Shown piece after piece: positions 1 through 14,426 of a DNA stretch of 64,000 nucleotides. Each line of letters opens with the position of its first letter. Within the stretch, counting starts at the first letter, position 1. Position numbers and translations under genes: made by a program. The stretch is taken from assembly GCF_006345805.1 (NCBI RefSeq), contig NC_043018.1:20336001-20400000 (forward strand). The letters run 5' to 3'. The stretch is from Octopus sinensis. Lineage: Eukaryota. The notes below the pieces were generated by a model. The model was not told the origin of the DNA. It saw only the letters and a program-made list of their open reading frames with translations, and ran no database searches.

Positions 1-439
1 TATGATTATTATTATTATTATCTTTATTATTTATTGAACTGTGAACCAATCCTAATCACTTCAGCCACATTCTAATAGGAACAGCCATTAATTTCCCTTC
101 CTGTTTCCATTTAACAACAGTTTCAACCAAATGATTATCAAAAGAATATTCTAGTAGTTTTGGCGGTTTTTCCACCACTCATCCTAAAACTACAATTTTT
201 TTTTTCTACTGGTACAGGACTGTGCTGACCACTAAATATACTCGATGTAGGTTCAATCTGATGTCTCTTCTGTCAAAAGAAAGAGGAAACTGTGTAGAAA
301 GATGTTAGTGTTTTCAAGTATTTCTAATGAAAATGACGAAAATATGATATAATAATTGTTAATATATAACCAATACATAATAAATATGTAATGAAAACTA
401 TATGCTAGGATGGGCACAGGAAAACACACAGAAGCATTA

Positions 440-444
440 CATAC

Positions 445-488
<44 letters not shown>

Positions 489-546
489 TGCAACACAAAC
501 ATATAAATGTACATCTATGTGTGTGTATGTGTATATATATACATAC

Positions 547-636
<90 letters not shown>

Positions 637-945
637 CATATATATACATACATACATAAATATATTATATATATATTTATTTACACACATATCTTTACAT
701 ATACAGATATACACACACACATGTACATGTACATACATATACATGCATATATATATTACACAGATACATGCAGATCTATCTATCTATCTATATATATATA
801 TATACATACATATATATATATATATATACATATACATTATACATGCATATATTATGTACATATATATATATTATATATATATATAATATATATAATGTAT
901 ATATATTATATACATATATATATGTATATTATATATACATGTATA
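440..945. repeat. Compound (TA)n/(CA)n/(TACA)n microsatellite field
   Basis: Directly visible; source of the YI/IY ORFs. Confidence 0.95.
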
Positions 946-1489
946 CCCACACATACTCAAACACACACATGCATATATATCAAACAATTACAGAAAGAAT
1001 AGTCTCCAGGCATCGCACTGTTCTTTTCTCTTTGAGTCAAACAGAACCAATTCTTATCGGACCAGTCTATATTCTTGCTATTTCATTTATTTTTAAATTC
1101 TTTTCTTTCTTCATATTATTATTGTTATTATTATTATTATTATTGTTATTAGTTATTATCATAATTAATATTAACATTATAATTATTATTATTATTATTA
1201 TTAATATAATTTCCTTTTTTTTTTTTTTGTTACAAAAGCTGAGATGAACTTAAAAACCCAAAAAATGGAAGGAAGAGAGAGAGAGAGAGAGATTTAAAGA
1301 GTGAGCATTCTACCGAATTACTTCTCAAGTCAATTTGGGATCGGGAGGGGGTCTTATTATTTTTTTTTTTTTTTTTAGTACAAACAACACTTTTTTTTGG
1401 TGGGGGAGCAAAACTCCCAGCACCCAAGTCAATTTAGTTACCAACGGAAAAAAATTTGTAGATGTGTGTGTGTGTGTGTTGTGGTATGC

Positions 1490-1542
1490 ATAATATATAT
1501 ATATATTATATATATATATATATATTATATATATACATATAC

Positions 1543-1589
<47 letters not shown>

Positions 1590-1841
1590 ATATATATAAT
1601 ATATATATATATACATATATATACATATATATATACATGTATATATGTATATATATTATATATATATATACATATATATTACATTTATATATACATATAT
1701 ATATACATATATATATACATATTATATATACATATATATATACATATATATATAGATACATATATATACATATGTATATACATATATATACATATATATA
1801 TATATCTATATATATACATATATATATCATATATATAATAC

Positions 1842-1878
<37 letters not shown>

Positions 1879-1900
1879 GATATGTAATATATATGTGTAT
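1490..1900. repeat. Compound (TA)n/(TACA)n microsatellite field
   Basis: Directly visible. Confidence 0.95.
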
Positions 1901-2082
1901 ATTTGTGTGTAGATTTGTAAGGATTGAAATATTTTCAGGAAAGAAAAATAAATAAGATGGCTTGTAGCCAATTTATCTTCCAATATAATAATTGTGAAGT
2001 AATTTTTCCACTGCCAGAAAACAGACAAACTCTGCCTGTTTTTTTTGTTTTTTTTTTTAATATCGGCACTCATTGTTTTTTT

Positions 2083-2123
2083 TTTATTTCGTAATATGTT
2101 TTAGGTTTTTTTTTTAATTTTAT
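2083..2123 (-). promoter_or_regulatory. Candidate polyadenylation signals (two AATAAA on the minus strand) about 560-600 nt after the TRABID stop
   Basis: tttatt on the plus strand near 2083 and 2118. The context is AT-rich, so chance occurrence is likely. Confidence 0.3.
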
Positions 2124-2677
2124 TTTTGTCTTATCTTTGTGCCATGAAATCATCAAATGTCACACTTTTCTGTTCTTCCACAGCCAATTCTTTTCTGGTA
2201 AAGTGTTCTTCAATTTTTTTTTTTTTTTTCTTAAAAGATGTTCATGAAAATAACTAGAGTTTGGGTGGTGGTGGTGACGATGAGGGCTGGGAGGAGGAGG
2301 AGGAGGAGGAGAGGTTCTGAACCAGTTTTTTTTTTCTTCTTTTTTTTTTTAACCTGTTTTCTGTTCGGGTTTTTGTTTCTTTTAAAACCCTTCCCCTCCA
2401 CCACCACCATCACCACCACTACCACCACCACCACCACCACGTGAAGCCATGATTTCATACATCAAAAAAAAAAAAAAAAAAAAATTTCACCAAGAAGGCA
2501 TTGTGTTCACTCTCTTTTCTCTGGGTGCATCCACAATGCTTAGATGATGGGAGGTAGTCTGGCAGGCAGGCAGGCAGGCAGACACGCAGGCAGGCAAGAC
2601 ATCCCGGAACTAAGAGAAGCACTCATAAAAAGGGCTACAGGCTACGCCACATTTTATCAGTGGCCAAGCTACGGTCA

Positions 2678-2914
2678 TTACTCCTCATCGCTTTCGCCGT
2701 CACTGGAGAATGTCGGAGCAGTGGACGAGATGTTGGCTTGGTGGCCTGGGCTGACCATGTGTTGAGATAGTTGTCGGTAATGGTCAAGCCATTCATCAAC
2801 CATTTGCTTCACCAGTGAAGGCCGTTTGCCAAGTTTCTGTAGAGCCACCAGGATTCCACCTTTGGTTACACAGCAATCAAGCCACTCTCGAATAATGCTT
2901 TCTTCGCGACCCAT
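2678..2914 (-). CDS. ZRANB1: TRABID last coding exon: [26 protein letters not shown]...DGESDEE*
   Basis: Acceptor ttttgtag in phase 0; TAA at 2680-2678; C-terminal REWLDCCVT motif and acidic tail. Confidence 0.96.
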   Translation of the reverse strand: MGREESIIREWLDCCVTKGGILVALQKLGKRPSLVKQMVDEWLDHYRQLSQHMVSPGHQANISSTAPTFSSDGESDEE

Positions 2915-3666
2915 CTACAAAAATAGCAAAAAACAAAGAGGTCAGAGGTAAGACTGCTTTCAGACCAGGCTCACAAAAATATTCTCAGAAAAGAGAAGCT
3001 GTCCTAGAGTTTCATTCTCTACTGAGGTGTCCATCTTCAGGTGGAATTCTATTTTATGTGCAACATATAACTCCTCATAACTTTTTTTTCAGTTTTTGGA
3101 ATTTTCAGAAATTCCCATGTGTTCTACCCATGGGAATTTATATGACTATACAGCCCCACAATGGAAAAAATTTTTTTGTGATTTAAGGGGTATTTAGCTG
3201 TTTTTTTTAGCACATCTCACAACCACTTCATACCATCCTTGTTTGTCAGTCAGTCTGACATTGATGGTTTTCAATATCTTTCTCTCCATAAACACATTTA
3301 ATGATCCATTGCTGGGATTTAAGTAAAAAAATTCACAATGTCTGTATTTTAAATGGTGATTTGGAAAACAAAATTTTCTAAAATTTCAAACAATTAAAAA
3401 AAAATTTTTTTTTTCAGTGATATGAATTCCCGTGTGTAGGACAAAAATTCAAAAAAAATTTTCTGAAAATTCCCAAAAATAGAACAGTTATGAGAGGTTA
3501 TATGTATACTGCGCATAAAGTAGAAATCCACCCATCTTTATAGACAGTCATTACTAGATATAAGTGTGTGTGTGAGACCACATCTACATTTTTTTTTTTG
3601 CTCAAATTTACTTTTTCTTCTAGTCATGTTTTACATATATATATATATATATAATATATATATATA

Positions 3667-3706
<40 letters not shown>

Positions 3707-3936
3707 TTGATATAAGAAGTGCAGTGAGGATCATAGAAATGGAGGAAGTGTATGTATATATATATATATATAAATATACACACACACACATACATATATA
3801 TACATACATATATACATTTCCAATGGGTCTCAAGACAGCATGATACTCCAACAGTCTGCTTTGGCGTGTAACTACGTGTATGTGTGTGTGTGTGTATATA
3901 TATGTCTGTGCATGTGTGTGAGTGTGTGTAGGTATG

Positions 3937-3974
<38 letters not shown>

Positions 3975-6900
3975 GTATGTGTCTATGTATACATGTGAAT
4001 ATATATATGTATGTGTGTGTATGTATATATGTGTGTGTGTGTTGTGTGTATATATATATATACAGAGAGAGAGAGAGAGAGAGAGAAAGAGGATTTATGT
4101 TATGGTGACCAATGTTTGTCTAATAGTGAAGAGAAAGATAAAGTTGGGTAAAGCTGTTCACAACGTGTTGGTCAGTCAGTTATGAAATGTGGTCAACATG
4201 ATGGACGTTATATTGTGACAGCTCAGCTGTCGCAACAGCCACTTTTAGTTTGAAACATGTTACTGCAAATGGCATACGGAACAGGGGAGGAGCAGCAGAA
4301 TGTCAAAACAATAAACATGTTGAAAGAAATCAAGGATGATTTGCTGGAATTCTGCCAGAAGCCATGGAGAAAAGAAGGAGAGTAATCATCATCATCATCA
4401 TTTAGCGTCCGTTCTCCATGCTAGCATGGGTTGCACGGTTCAACTGGGGTCTGTGAAGCTGGAAGGCTTCATCAGGCCCAGTCAGATCTGGCAGTGTTTC
4501 TACGGCTGGATGCCCTTCCTAACGCCAACCACTCCGTGAGTGTAGTGGGTGCTTTTTACGTGCCACCCACACAGGTGCCAGACAGAGCTGGCAAGTAATA
4601 ATGTTGAAAATGAAAATAAAATATATTAGGACAAAACGACCTGCTCACAACATCATAAGCAGAAGATGTAACCTCTCGAAAGAGCTGTTCTTCACTCCTG
4701 CTCCAGAACGTCGGCTGCGGGGTCACTCCGAAAAGCTCTATCTGCGACGATTTCATCTCAATCGAAGGAGAGGGGCTTTTTTCCGTCCAGGTTGTGGATC
4801 TGTGGAATAAGCTGCCGGATGAGATAGTAAAGATGCCGACGACCGCTCGGTTCAAAGTCTCCCTTGACCACAAGTGGCCTGAACTCTTTACATGAACACC
4901 ATCCTGTACATAACTCCATGTCCCCCTACATGGCCTTGCTTTTTGCTTTTTGAGCCAAATAATTAACTAACTAACTAACTAAGCCCCAGGATGGCCACAG
5001 CCTTTGAACTGGGACACATAAAAGAATAAAGCAATACAAGAATGTTACAAACAATAAGTCAATCAACACCTAACGGAATGACATTTTGATAAAAAAAATA
5101 ATTAGTCATGAAACGGTGAGATGAAACGCAGAAACAATAACAGAACCACAGCAATTACTCACTTCTGATCGACTTAGAAAATGAACAGGTAACAATTTTC
5201 CTTCGCTGTCGATTAGAGGTAGATACACCATCTGGTCCCCTTCATTGGAATCCATGTTAGCTCCAGCTCCTATCATATCGTCTGTGTCTGGTTCCATCGG
5301 GACTAATGCAGAGAAATGGCCTCGGGTGTACCCTAATGCAATTGGAGTTTTCCAACAAAAGCTTCTCTCCCACAATAACGGTAAATAAACTCCTGTTTTA
5401 ATGAAAAAAAAAAGACAATGAAATGTGAATATTATACAACAAAGACGTCAGAAATATTCAAACACACACACACGCCACCTGCTGGAATTTATTGGCAACA
5501 AATCGGTGACTTAATATAAAATAAATTTTAGCACATAAAAAATAGTTGGAGTGGCTGTGTGGTAAGTAGCTTGCTAACCAACCACATGGTTCCGGGTTCA
5601 GTCCCACTGCGTGGCATCTTGGGCAAGTGTCTTCTGCTATAGCCCCGGGCCGACCAATGCCTTGTGAGTGGATTTGGTAGACGGAAACTGAAAGAAGCCT
5701 GTCGTATATGTGTATGTATATATATGTGTGTGTGTGTGTTTGTGTGTCTGTGTCTGTCCCCGTAGCATTGCTTGACAACCGATGCTGGTGTGTTTACGTC
5801 CCCGTCACTTAGCGGTTCAGCAAAAAGAGACCGATAGAATAAGTACTGGGCTTACAAAAGAATAAGTCCCGGGGTCGATTTGCTCGACTAAAGGCAGTGC
5901 TCCAGCATGGCCGCAGTCAAATGACTGAAACAAGTAAAAGAGTAAAAGAGAGAGAGAATATTGTTAACAAACTAAATATTTGAGGGACAAGTAACACAAT
6001 GTATAATTAAGGTAACCATTAGTGTAGAATATCTGAGGGTGCCATCAACACAGAAAATATTTAAGGGTACCATTAATATCAAAATGGCTGAAGTTGCTAT
6101 TAACAAATTTTACATAGGCACAGGAGTGGCTGCGTGGTAAGAAGCTCGCTTACCAACCACATGGTTCCAGGTTCAGTCCCAAGTAGTTATGTTTGTATGT
6201 ATGTCTAATGTATGTCCCTTTTTCTCTTTCTCTCTCCCTCTGCCTCCGTTCATATGTGTGACAAAGTAGCTTTAATTGTATGCATATGTAAGGTATCTCT
6301 CTCTCTCTCTTTTTCTGTATGTGTGTATGTGAGTGTGTTTGCCACCTGTGCCAAAATGTACTGTCACCATAACAGGTTGAATACCCAGTCAGCCTTGCTT
6401 GTCAGCATACTCTCTTTTTTTTACTCTCTTTTACTTGTTTCAGTCATTTGACTGCGGCCATGCTGGAGCACCGCCTTTAATCGAGCAACTCGACCCCGGG
6501 ACTTATTCTTTTGTAAGCCCATTACTTATTCTATCGGTCTCTTTTGCCGAACCGCTAAGTAACGGGGACATAAACACACCAGCATCGGTTGTCAAGCCAT
6601 GCTAGGGGGACAAACACAGACACACGCATATATATATATATATATATATATATAAACGACAGGCTTCTTTCAGTTTCCGTCTACCAAATCCACTCACAAG
6701 GCTTTGGTCGGCCCGAGGCTATAGTAGAAGACACTTGCCCAAGGTGCCACGCAGTGGGACTGAACCCGGAACCATGTGGTTGGTAAACAAGATACTTACC
6801 ACACAGCCACTCCTGCACCTAAACAAACATGCATGATCGTCTCATTCATATTATTATTATTATTATTATTATCATAATTAATATTAACATTATAATTATT

Positions 6901-9900
6901 ATTATTATTATTATTATTAATATTATAATTTCCTTCTTTTTTTTGTTACAAAAGCTGAGATGAACTTAAAAACCAAAAATGGAAGGAAGAGAGAGAGATT
7001 TAAAGAGTGAGCATTCTATAGAATTACGATCGTGGTGGCTCAACCACAACACAGACTCTTACAAATCACAGACCATTTTGATGGCAAAAAGCAAAAAAAA
7101 AGAATCCTTTCTGTTCTACATACATCAGAGATTTATCATTGCATACAATCAGATTGTTTGATGAGACAACAGTTGAAACACTGGCATGTGTACTTAAATG
7201 TACTGACTTACCTTGAAATCTAGCATAACCTATCGTTTCACCTCGGAAACTTTTTACATATTTAACACCATATACAAGAATTGGACGTCGAAGTATGTGC
7301 GCAAGGGCAAATATATGCATTTGCTCAAGAGAAGCACCTGGAGAGATAAAAGCAAAAAAGTAAAAAAAAAAAAGGGTTAGATAAAGCTTAAGATATGGAA
7401 TGGAATTGATAGAACAAGAATGATATAAAACAGGCTACAAGAACAGTCTGCCAGAAAGAGCAGCTAGATCTCTCTCAAATGACATTCCATTGTTTTACAT
7501 TAGACAGTGTTGTCCAAGTTACACTATGCCTGAAAATATGTCAGGGTGATCGTAACATATGTCAGTGGGGTGTAGATGTACCCTGGTGTCATATGGAGCA
7601 ATATAAATAAACCCTGCTTAAGGGTTATCAGGATCTTGTACCTCAAGGGTAGGATCAGGAGAGCAAGAGACAAGCAGAGGAAATTGTGAATCAACCAACG
7701 AAAGGCAACAGGAAACTACTGCTGCTTATCTTCCTCAAGATGATGATGATGATGATGAATATACTCTTGAGCTAAAAAATAAAAAACAAGAATCTATATA
7801 CTACAGTGAAACTGGCTCAAGAGATCAGAGAACTCGGTTATGCTAATATTTATTATGCAACATTGGATCCGGATCCCTTTGACTATGCAACATTTGTATT
7901 TTTCCTGGTGTATAAACATGAGAAGCAAATGACGTCATCACCTTTTATATAAAAACAGGTGTCATATAGCATACACTCCTTTATATATAATAACAGGTGT
8001 CAATAATGTACCCTTGTGCTGTCCCTCATATATAATGGCTTCAAATTTTGGCACAAGGTGAGCAGTTTTGTAGGAAGGAGTTAGTGCATTACATGAAGCC
8101 CCAATACTCAACTGGTATTTATTTTATCGACCCTGGAAGGATGAAAGGCAAGTTTGACTTTGGTGTAATTTGAACTCAAAATGTAAAGAACCAGAAGAAA
8201 AGCTGATATGCATTTTATCTGATGCTCTACCAATTTTGCCAGCTTGCTGCCTGCTTCATATATAAAACTAGCAATGCACCCCGGCGTTGCCCGGGTTTTA
8301 TGACCTACAGCCACATTGTATTATTTGTTCCTTTCTTATGGGCAGAATCAGCACACAAGGAGTATGAATCAAATGACTCTTCTTTATAAATATGTTTTTC
8401 GGTTATTTTCTGATGAAAAACACTGCAGTTTTTGTCTACCAAATTCAGTCACAATTCTGTGGTTGGCCGAGGGCTATAGTAAAAAAAACACTTGCTCAAG
8501 GTACCATGCAGAGGGACTGAACATGAAACCATGTGGTTGGGAAGCAAATTTCTCAACCAGACAGTCATTCTTGCACCTAATGTGTGTGTGTGTGTTTATA
8601 TTTCTTGTTAAATTGAGTACTGATAAAGATTGTTCAGGCAGAGTTGCTTCCCTTATCTAAAGACCTCAAAATTGTGCGACCCAACCTTGTTTTCAAAGTT
8701 ATTTTTGTAGTAAAAAAAGAGTTGTTGTGCACAAAACATACTTTATTTGGTAGCCGAAAGATTACTGAATCTTTTGATACACCATACATCAAAATTGGCA
8801 ACTCATTTTTTGAATGCATAAGGAACATATGCAAGCACACACACACAGACAGAAACTCTGTTTTATATATTAAGATAACAACAGGTGTAAATAATATACT
8901 CTTAGTCATATATAATAATTCTTTCTACGAAAGGCACGAGGCCTGAAATTTAGCAGTTGCATTAACCTCAGTGTTCAGTAGGTACTTATTTATCAGGCCC
9001 CAAAAGGATAAAAGGCAAAGTCGACCTCAGCGGAAATTGAACTCAAAACATAAAGACGGATGAAACGTCACTAAGCATTTTGTCTGGCATGCTAATGAGT
9101 CTGCCAGATTGCTGCCCTATAGTCATATGATTTCAAATTTTGACACAAGGCCAGTAATTTCAGCGGGGTGGGGGTGGGGGGGGGTAAATCAATTGCATTG
9201 ATCCTCTCCAGTATTCAGCTGGTACTTATTTCATCAACCCCACAGAAGGATGAAAGGCAAAGTTGACCTCGGTGGAATTTGAACTCAGAATGTGAAGACA
9301 GATGATAATCATATGCAATGATAACAGATTACAGTAAATGCTATATCCTCCACTGATATCTAATAACAGCAATAGATGTATTCCAGCTGTATTTTTGCTG
9401 ATAATTAAGGTAACCATTAGTGTAGAATATCTGAGGGTGCCATCTGTCAGTGGGGTGTAGATGTACCCTGGTGTCATATGGAGCAATATAAATAAACCCT
9501 GCTTAAGGGTTATCAGGATATATAATAATATTGTCTAGAAATAAATAAAAAAATTCAATAGCATTTGGTATTCCCCACCATCACCAAAAAAAAAAAGAGC
9601 CATATTCCCTTTAGGTGATTACCAAAGTCACCTGTCTGTTAGACAAACACCTGACATATTAACTGAGAGGTTTCTGTATGAAGCTCGTCTTACCTGGCTG
9701 GCTGGCAAGACTAAGCAGTACTGCCCAATCATGCGCCCACTGGCTTTCATCCAAAGAAAAATGTAAAGACTGAGCTTGCATTGATTCATATTCTTTCCAC
9801 CGGGGATAGAACCTGAAAAAGACCAAAAAGGAAAATTGTACACAGGAAAAAAAAAAAAAAAAAATTCAACTAACATTTGAATTTTTTTGGCTGAAATATT

Positions 9901-10425
9901 ATTCTGTCAAATGCATTCCTTATTTACTCAAATTGGTTTGGAATTAATCATGCATTATCTCATGGCTTCGATGTGTGGGTGTTTATTTCTAGAATGACAT
10001 TGTAGGGTAGGTGTGAGAGGTTGGATCTGGCTAGTTTGAATATAAAACAGGTCGAAAATTTAGGCTGGATGTGGCTGGGCTGAATGCAAAAGGGGTTAAA
10101 TCTGTGAGAATGGCTGTTGGGTGCCGAGGCTACAATAGAAGAATCTTTCCCAAGGTGCCACGCAGTGGGACTGAACCCGGAACCATGTGGTTGGTAAGCA
10201 AGCTACTTACCACACAGCTACGCCTGCGCCTAGCTTAAAAGCTGCACTCCATGCAGAGTTTTAAGCTAGCTCCTGCAGAGGGTTATTTAGGCCCAAAATC
10301 AAAGAGAACAATAATAATAATAAAGCATTTATTGGTACCCTACCAATATGGTATTGCTTCAAATTCAGTTTAAGTGGAAAACTTGTAAGTTCACAAATTT
10401 TTGGAGTTCTTTTAAAATTTGTATA

Positions 10426-10464
<39 letters not shown>

Positions 10465-10551
10465 AAAGAATGGAGTTGAACGACGAATGTGAATTTGCTA
10501 CCCAGGTATCGGTTAACCGAATTATCCATAACAAGATAATTCATTCAACTA

Positions 10552-10588
<37 letters not shown>

Positions 10589-12443
10589 GTATGTGGTGTG
10601 TGTGTGAGTGTGTGTATTGTGACTTTGTGTCTGTGTTTGGCCCCACCACCATTTGGTAACTGGTGTTGCATTTATGTTAATATAACTTAGTGGTTCAGTA
10701 AAAGAGACCAATAAAAAAGTGCCAGGCATGAAAAAGAAAGAACTGGTGTCATTTGTTCAATTAAAATTCTTCAAAACTTGATGATTGAGAGAGATAAAGG
10801 AACCACTAAATTCCTTAGTAAAACTTAAAGCTAAGGGAGGTAAATTTTGTACCTCTCACGGTTGCTTTACCTGCTAGAAATAGCAACCCAAATGCTTTTA
10901 AATCAGATCCCAATGCTACATGTTCAAGAACCAAATGAAGGGTAGATTTTCAATCCTGGGATCATCCTGATTCCAAAATGGTATATTATGTCCATGTAGA
11001 GCAAATGTAGACTGTGATAGAGGGGTCCGGACAGACAGAATTTTGCATTTATTAATATAGATGATGTAAGAATTTATGAAATTGTCAATAGAGTTCACAT
11101 TATGTAATCATTTATCAAGCTGTTAATAGAGGGTTTATGTGACAGAATTCATGTGATATAATGCTATGACATACGTTGCAAACAGAGAGTTTCAATCTGA
11201 AGAATATCCAAGGTAAAAATAACATCCCTATTTCAGGATCAGGCAGAAACTCTTTGACTTAAATTTAGAATAATATACAGGTCTGCTACATTGGCTTGAG
11301 TTTATTAATGCCTGTCTGGTTTTAGTAAGAGTGATGTGAAACAAAAAAACAAACACACACACACACACACACACACACATAAAAAACAAAAACAAAGGAG
11401 TTTATCTCCAAGAGTATGGTTCATTTGACAGTTTTCCCACAGAGAATTACTGACCTTGACACCTAGACTGCTGTAGTGTGGGTACTTTGACATTTTTTCC
11501 CTGACAGAGAATGTCTGACCTCAGCAACACCCAAACAGTTGCTGACGCACAACAACACTATTATGTCAGCCATCATTTAATGATTCTGTTCAAACTTTTT
11601 TCGGTTTTTATCCATTGATAGCATGGACAGTCTTCATTTACCTGAGAGCACCAAGAAAATTACCATTCTCTTCTTCATAATTTGCGCTTTCACACTCAAA
11701 CCTACAATAAATCTGGATTATTTTACAGACTTAGTAGTGCAGTCTAGACAGATTAGATTCCATTGCTGTTAAAAGACATTCCAACGACGACAACAACAAC
11801 AACAAGAATAAATAAATAAATAGATAACAGACCATTTCCTGTATCTCGGCACTATGTAATTTAGTATTCTCTTCTTTCAAAGAACATAGAACCCTTTTTT
11901 ATTTTCTCTACCGGACCCAGTTTTTTCTAAATCCTTTAAAGTCTGTTCAATAATTGGCACTTACTGGAATGTCCCCATTTATTTCTTAGACCTACTTTTG
12001 ATGATGTTAAAGCTAAGAGCATCGCCATAGATGAAACAATTTCTTTTCTCAACTAAGCAAGAGAAATGCTTACTTCTTTGATCAGAACATTTGTTTTAGA
12101 GCCTGTCTTTCCATGCTGGCATGGGTTAGATGGGGATGTAAACTGAAGAAAGACCTTACCACTAGACGCTCATCCTATCACCAACCCTCGTCTGTTTTGC
12201 AAGGAAGGGATTTTTTATTCTACTAGTTATGTAGGTTACAGAATGGTTGGTTATAATGTGAATAGGGAATGTAAACATTCTTGCACATTTGCCCCACCCA
12301 CACACATATATATGTATATATATATATATATATATATAATATACATATACATATATATATATATATATATATAACATATACATATATATATATATATAAC
12401 ATATACATATATATATTATACATATACATATATATATATATAC

Positions 12444-12481
<38 letters not shown>

Positions 12482-12576
12482 TATATATATATACATATAC
12501 ATACATATATATATATATAGTCCAACCCATGCTAGCATGGAAAACGGACGCTAAATGATGATGATGATGATGATGA

Positions 12577-12612
<36 letters not shown>

Positions 12613-13493
12613 TTACTCACACATGTACATGTACATACACACACATATATACATGTGCATATTGTGCATGGGACCAGAATTTTGAAATTGAGTCAAGGGT
12701 AATAAACTATTCTAAACCATTGTTAGAGTTTTCTGCTTAAGTGGAGTCAAGACTAGCTGGTTTGTACTGGCATCGAGTTTTATAAATATATATGTGTCTC
12801 TGTGTGCGTGTGTTTGTGTGTGTGTGTGTGTGTGTATGAGGATCCATCTGGGGTGACATGAGGGCTTGTGTTGGATGGCCACATGCCACATGGCAATCGT
12901 GGATGAGGAAATATCTTGCAGAGATGAGGAATGACAAGGACGCTGCTTGGAAGGGGGTCGCCCCCAGACAAGCCAAGCAGATGCTGACAAAGGGCGGATG
13001 AGGCGATGCGCTGGAATGGTGCATACCTCCATACCTGAAGTCACCACTCTTGGAAAACCTGCAAAAGCCATGGGCACCATCCCCTGCCTTCAAGAATATA
13101 CACACACACACACACATGCATGTGTGTACACATATCATACACACACACACATGTAAGACTGCAAACATAGATACATGTGCACATGAATGCAAGCACTCGT
13201 ACACACACATACATACATGCAGTGCACACACATGTATGCACACACTTATACACACAGGTACGCTCACATGCAAACATACATGCACGTGCACACACACACA
13301 TACGTAAATGTAATCTTTGGTGCACACACAAGAAACACACAAACGATTGAACTCGTGTCCTGCAGCCGTCAGTAAAGATGGCTGCGTACAGATTCCAGGA
13401 AGTTTTCTAAAAATATTTTTATCATACTTCCATCAAACTAGGACAGAGACCAGAGGCGGTGGGGGAAGAAACAACCTGTGTGTGTGTGTGTGT

Positions 13494-13543
<50 letters not shown>

Positions 13544-13616
13544 TCTGTGGGTGCATGTGTGTATGTGTGTGTGTGTGTGGTGTGTGTGTGTGTGTGTGTG
13601 GTGTGTGTGTGGGTGT

Positions 13617-13651
<35 letters not shown>

Positions 13652-14020
13652 CTGTGGGTGCATGTGTGTATGTGTGTGTATGTGTGTGTGTATGTGTGTA
13701 TGTGTGTGTGTGTACATGTGTGTGTGTGTGTACATGTGTGTGTGTGTGTGTGTTTGTGTATGTCTGTGGGTGCATGTGTGTGTATGTGTGTGTCTGTGTG
13801 TGTGTGTGTGTGTATGTGTGTGGGTGCGTGTGTGTATGTGCATGTGTGTGTATGTGCATGTGTGTGTATGTGCATGTGTGTGTATGTACATGTGTGTGTG
13901 TGTACATGTGTGTGTGTGTGCATGCATGTGTGCTTGTGTATGTGTGTGGGTGCGTGTGTGTATGTGTGTGTCTGTGTGTGTATGTGCATGTGTGTGTGTG
14001 TGTACATGTGTGTGTGTGTG

Positions 14021-14051
<31 letters not shown>

Positions 14052-14395
14052 TTGTGTATGTCTGTGGGTGTATGTGTGTATGTGTGTGTGTGTGTACATG
14101 TGTGTGTGTGTGTATGTGCATGTGTGTGTATGTGCATGTGTGTGTATGTGCATGCATGTGTGCTTGTGTATGTGTGTGTCTGTGTGTGTGTATGTGCGTG
14201 TGTGTGTATGTGCATGTGTGTGTATGTGCATGTGTGTGTATGTGCATGTGTGTGTATGTACATGTGTGTGGTGTGTACATGTGTGTGTGTGTGTGCATGC
14301 ATGTGTGCTTGTGTATGTGTGTGGGTGCGTGTGTGTATGTGTGTGTCTGTGTGTGTATGTGCATGTGTGTGTGTGTGTACATGTGTGTGTGTGTG

Positions 14396-14426
<31 letters not shown>

